Positions 44,631 to 45,524 of a stretch of 45,524 nt of DNA are shown here, one piece after another. A program made the position numbers and the translations under genes. Numbering within the stretch: position 1 is the stretch's first letter; every line of letters begins with the position of its first letter. The notes below the pieces were generated by a model. That model ran no database searches and had not been told where the DNA came from. It was given only the letters and a program-made list of their open reading frames with translations. Source of the stretch: Nemertoderma westbladi (lineage: Eukaryota; Animalia; Xenacoelomorpha); the NCBI GenBank assembly GCA_032718475.1, contig JAUCBJ010000028.1, positions 1 to 45,524 of the forward strand. The letters run 5' to 3'.

Positions 44631-45524
44631 CCTACAGTACTTATAGTCTCGAGTAAAACTTCCTAAACTATAACCTCAGGCGTTTATCATTAGTAGTCTG
44701 CAAATAGTTATAAACAGTGGGGGGTATTCCACAATCCTTTGACTTTTCTGTCGCACTTTGATGTTTTTGACTATTATTTGCAAAAGACTTGGGTCTTGGA
44801 TTCTTCTTGGGCATACTATAGTTCGGTATGGGTCGGTATACCTTTTACTGTAGTAGTGGGCACCGGGTACTGAAAAGTAGGCCATTGTACTGGTACGATC
44901 ACAATTAATAGGCCTGCCTATCTTGAATGAAAGGAAATTCAGTAGAAACTGAAACTGTTTTAGTTATGGATGTTGTACTGCACATTCGGTACATGACTGC
45001 AACGGAGAATTCAATCTGTCCATTGCATGTTTGTTAGCACTGGTACTGTACAAATGCAGACCTGCGGTATTCAGTCAGTCAGTCTTTAAATGTATTGGAA
45101 TACCGAAACAACTTATATAGATACTGTAGGCCTATGGCTATGGTTATGTGGTTGACCTACAGTAGGCCTACTATCTGACTGTACAGTAGCTTAGCAGACA
45201 ACAAATTTTTATTGTCAACACGATAGCACGAACAACATGATGTCGATGTATTCGATATATGTCGAAATTCAGACATTGTTACATATTTGGAATCCTTGTA
45301 ACGCAAGCTTTCTATTGATATGAAAAAATCACGACTAATATGGAGAATGGTAATGATACGGATGATGGTGCGATTTCGCAAAAGACACCTTTTTAAAACG
45401 CTTATAAAAAACATTCAAAGCGAAATCTAAAATTCCGGCTTCATGGTAACAACCACGGTGAGTTGAACTAGTTGTGTTTCTAATTTCAAGCAATATGATA
45501 AAGATTTGTAGAAAAATTTGGGGG

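Overview
AT-rich, repeat-dense genomic DNA that looks like an invertebrate animal. It consists almost entirely of transposable elements and tandem repeats. From left to right: (1) two ~1.4-kb copies of a non-coding dispersed repeat; (2) a decayed CR1/L2-group LINE on the minus strand with an in-frame 30-bp minisatellite; (3) a probable terminal exon of a fibrinogen-related-domain gene; (4) a ~344-bp tandem plus inverted repeat carrying minimal type I hammerhead ribozymes (retrozyme/Penelope-type), with the hammerhead sitting exactly between tRNA-type Pol III A and B boxes; (5) a Bel/Pao LTR retrotransposon (CCAGG target duplication, RT/RNase H deleted) whose two LTRs each carry a different LINE insertion; (6) an 8.5-kb 45-bp satellite with higher-order structure; (7) a ~10.5-kb pile-up of eight non-autonomous Helitron-like units (TC...CTAG/CTCG, A|T insertion, rich in RFX X-box motifs), three insertion events of which split a single CR1/L2 RT fragment that can be rejoined base for base; (8) a duplicated 3-kb block of the satellite; (9) a tRNA-like pseudogene/SINE head and a small MITE. 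Most ORFs in the supplied track are by-products of repeats. All calls were made by eye; no searches were run.
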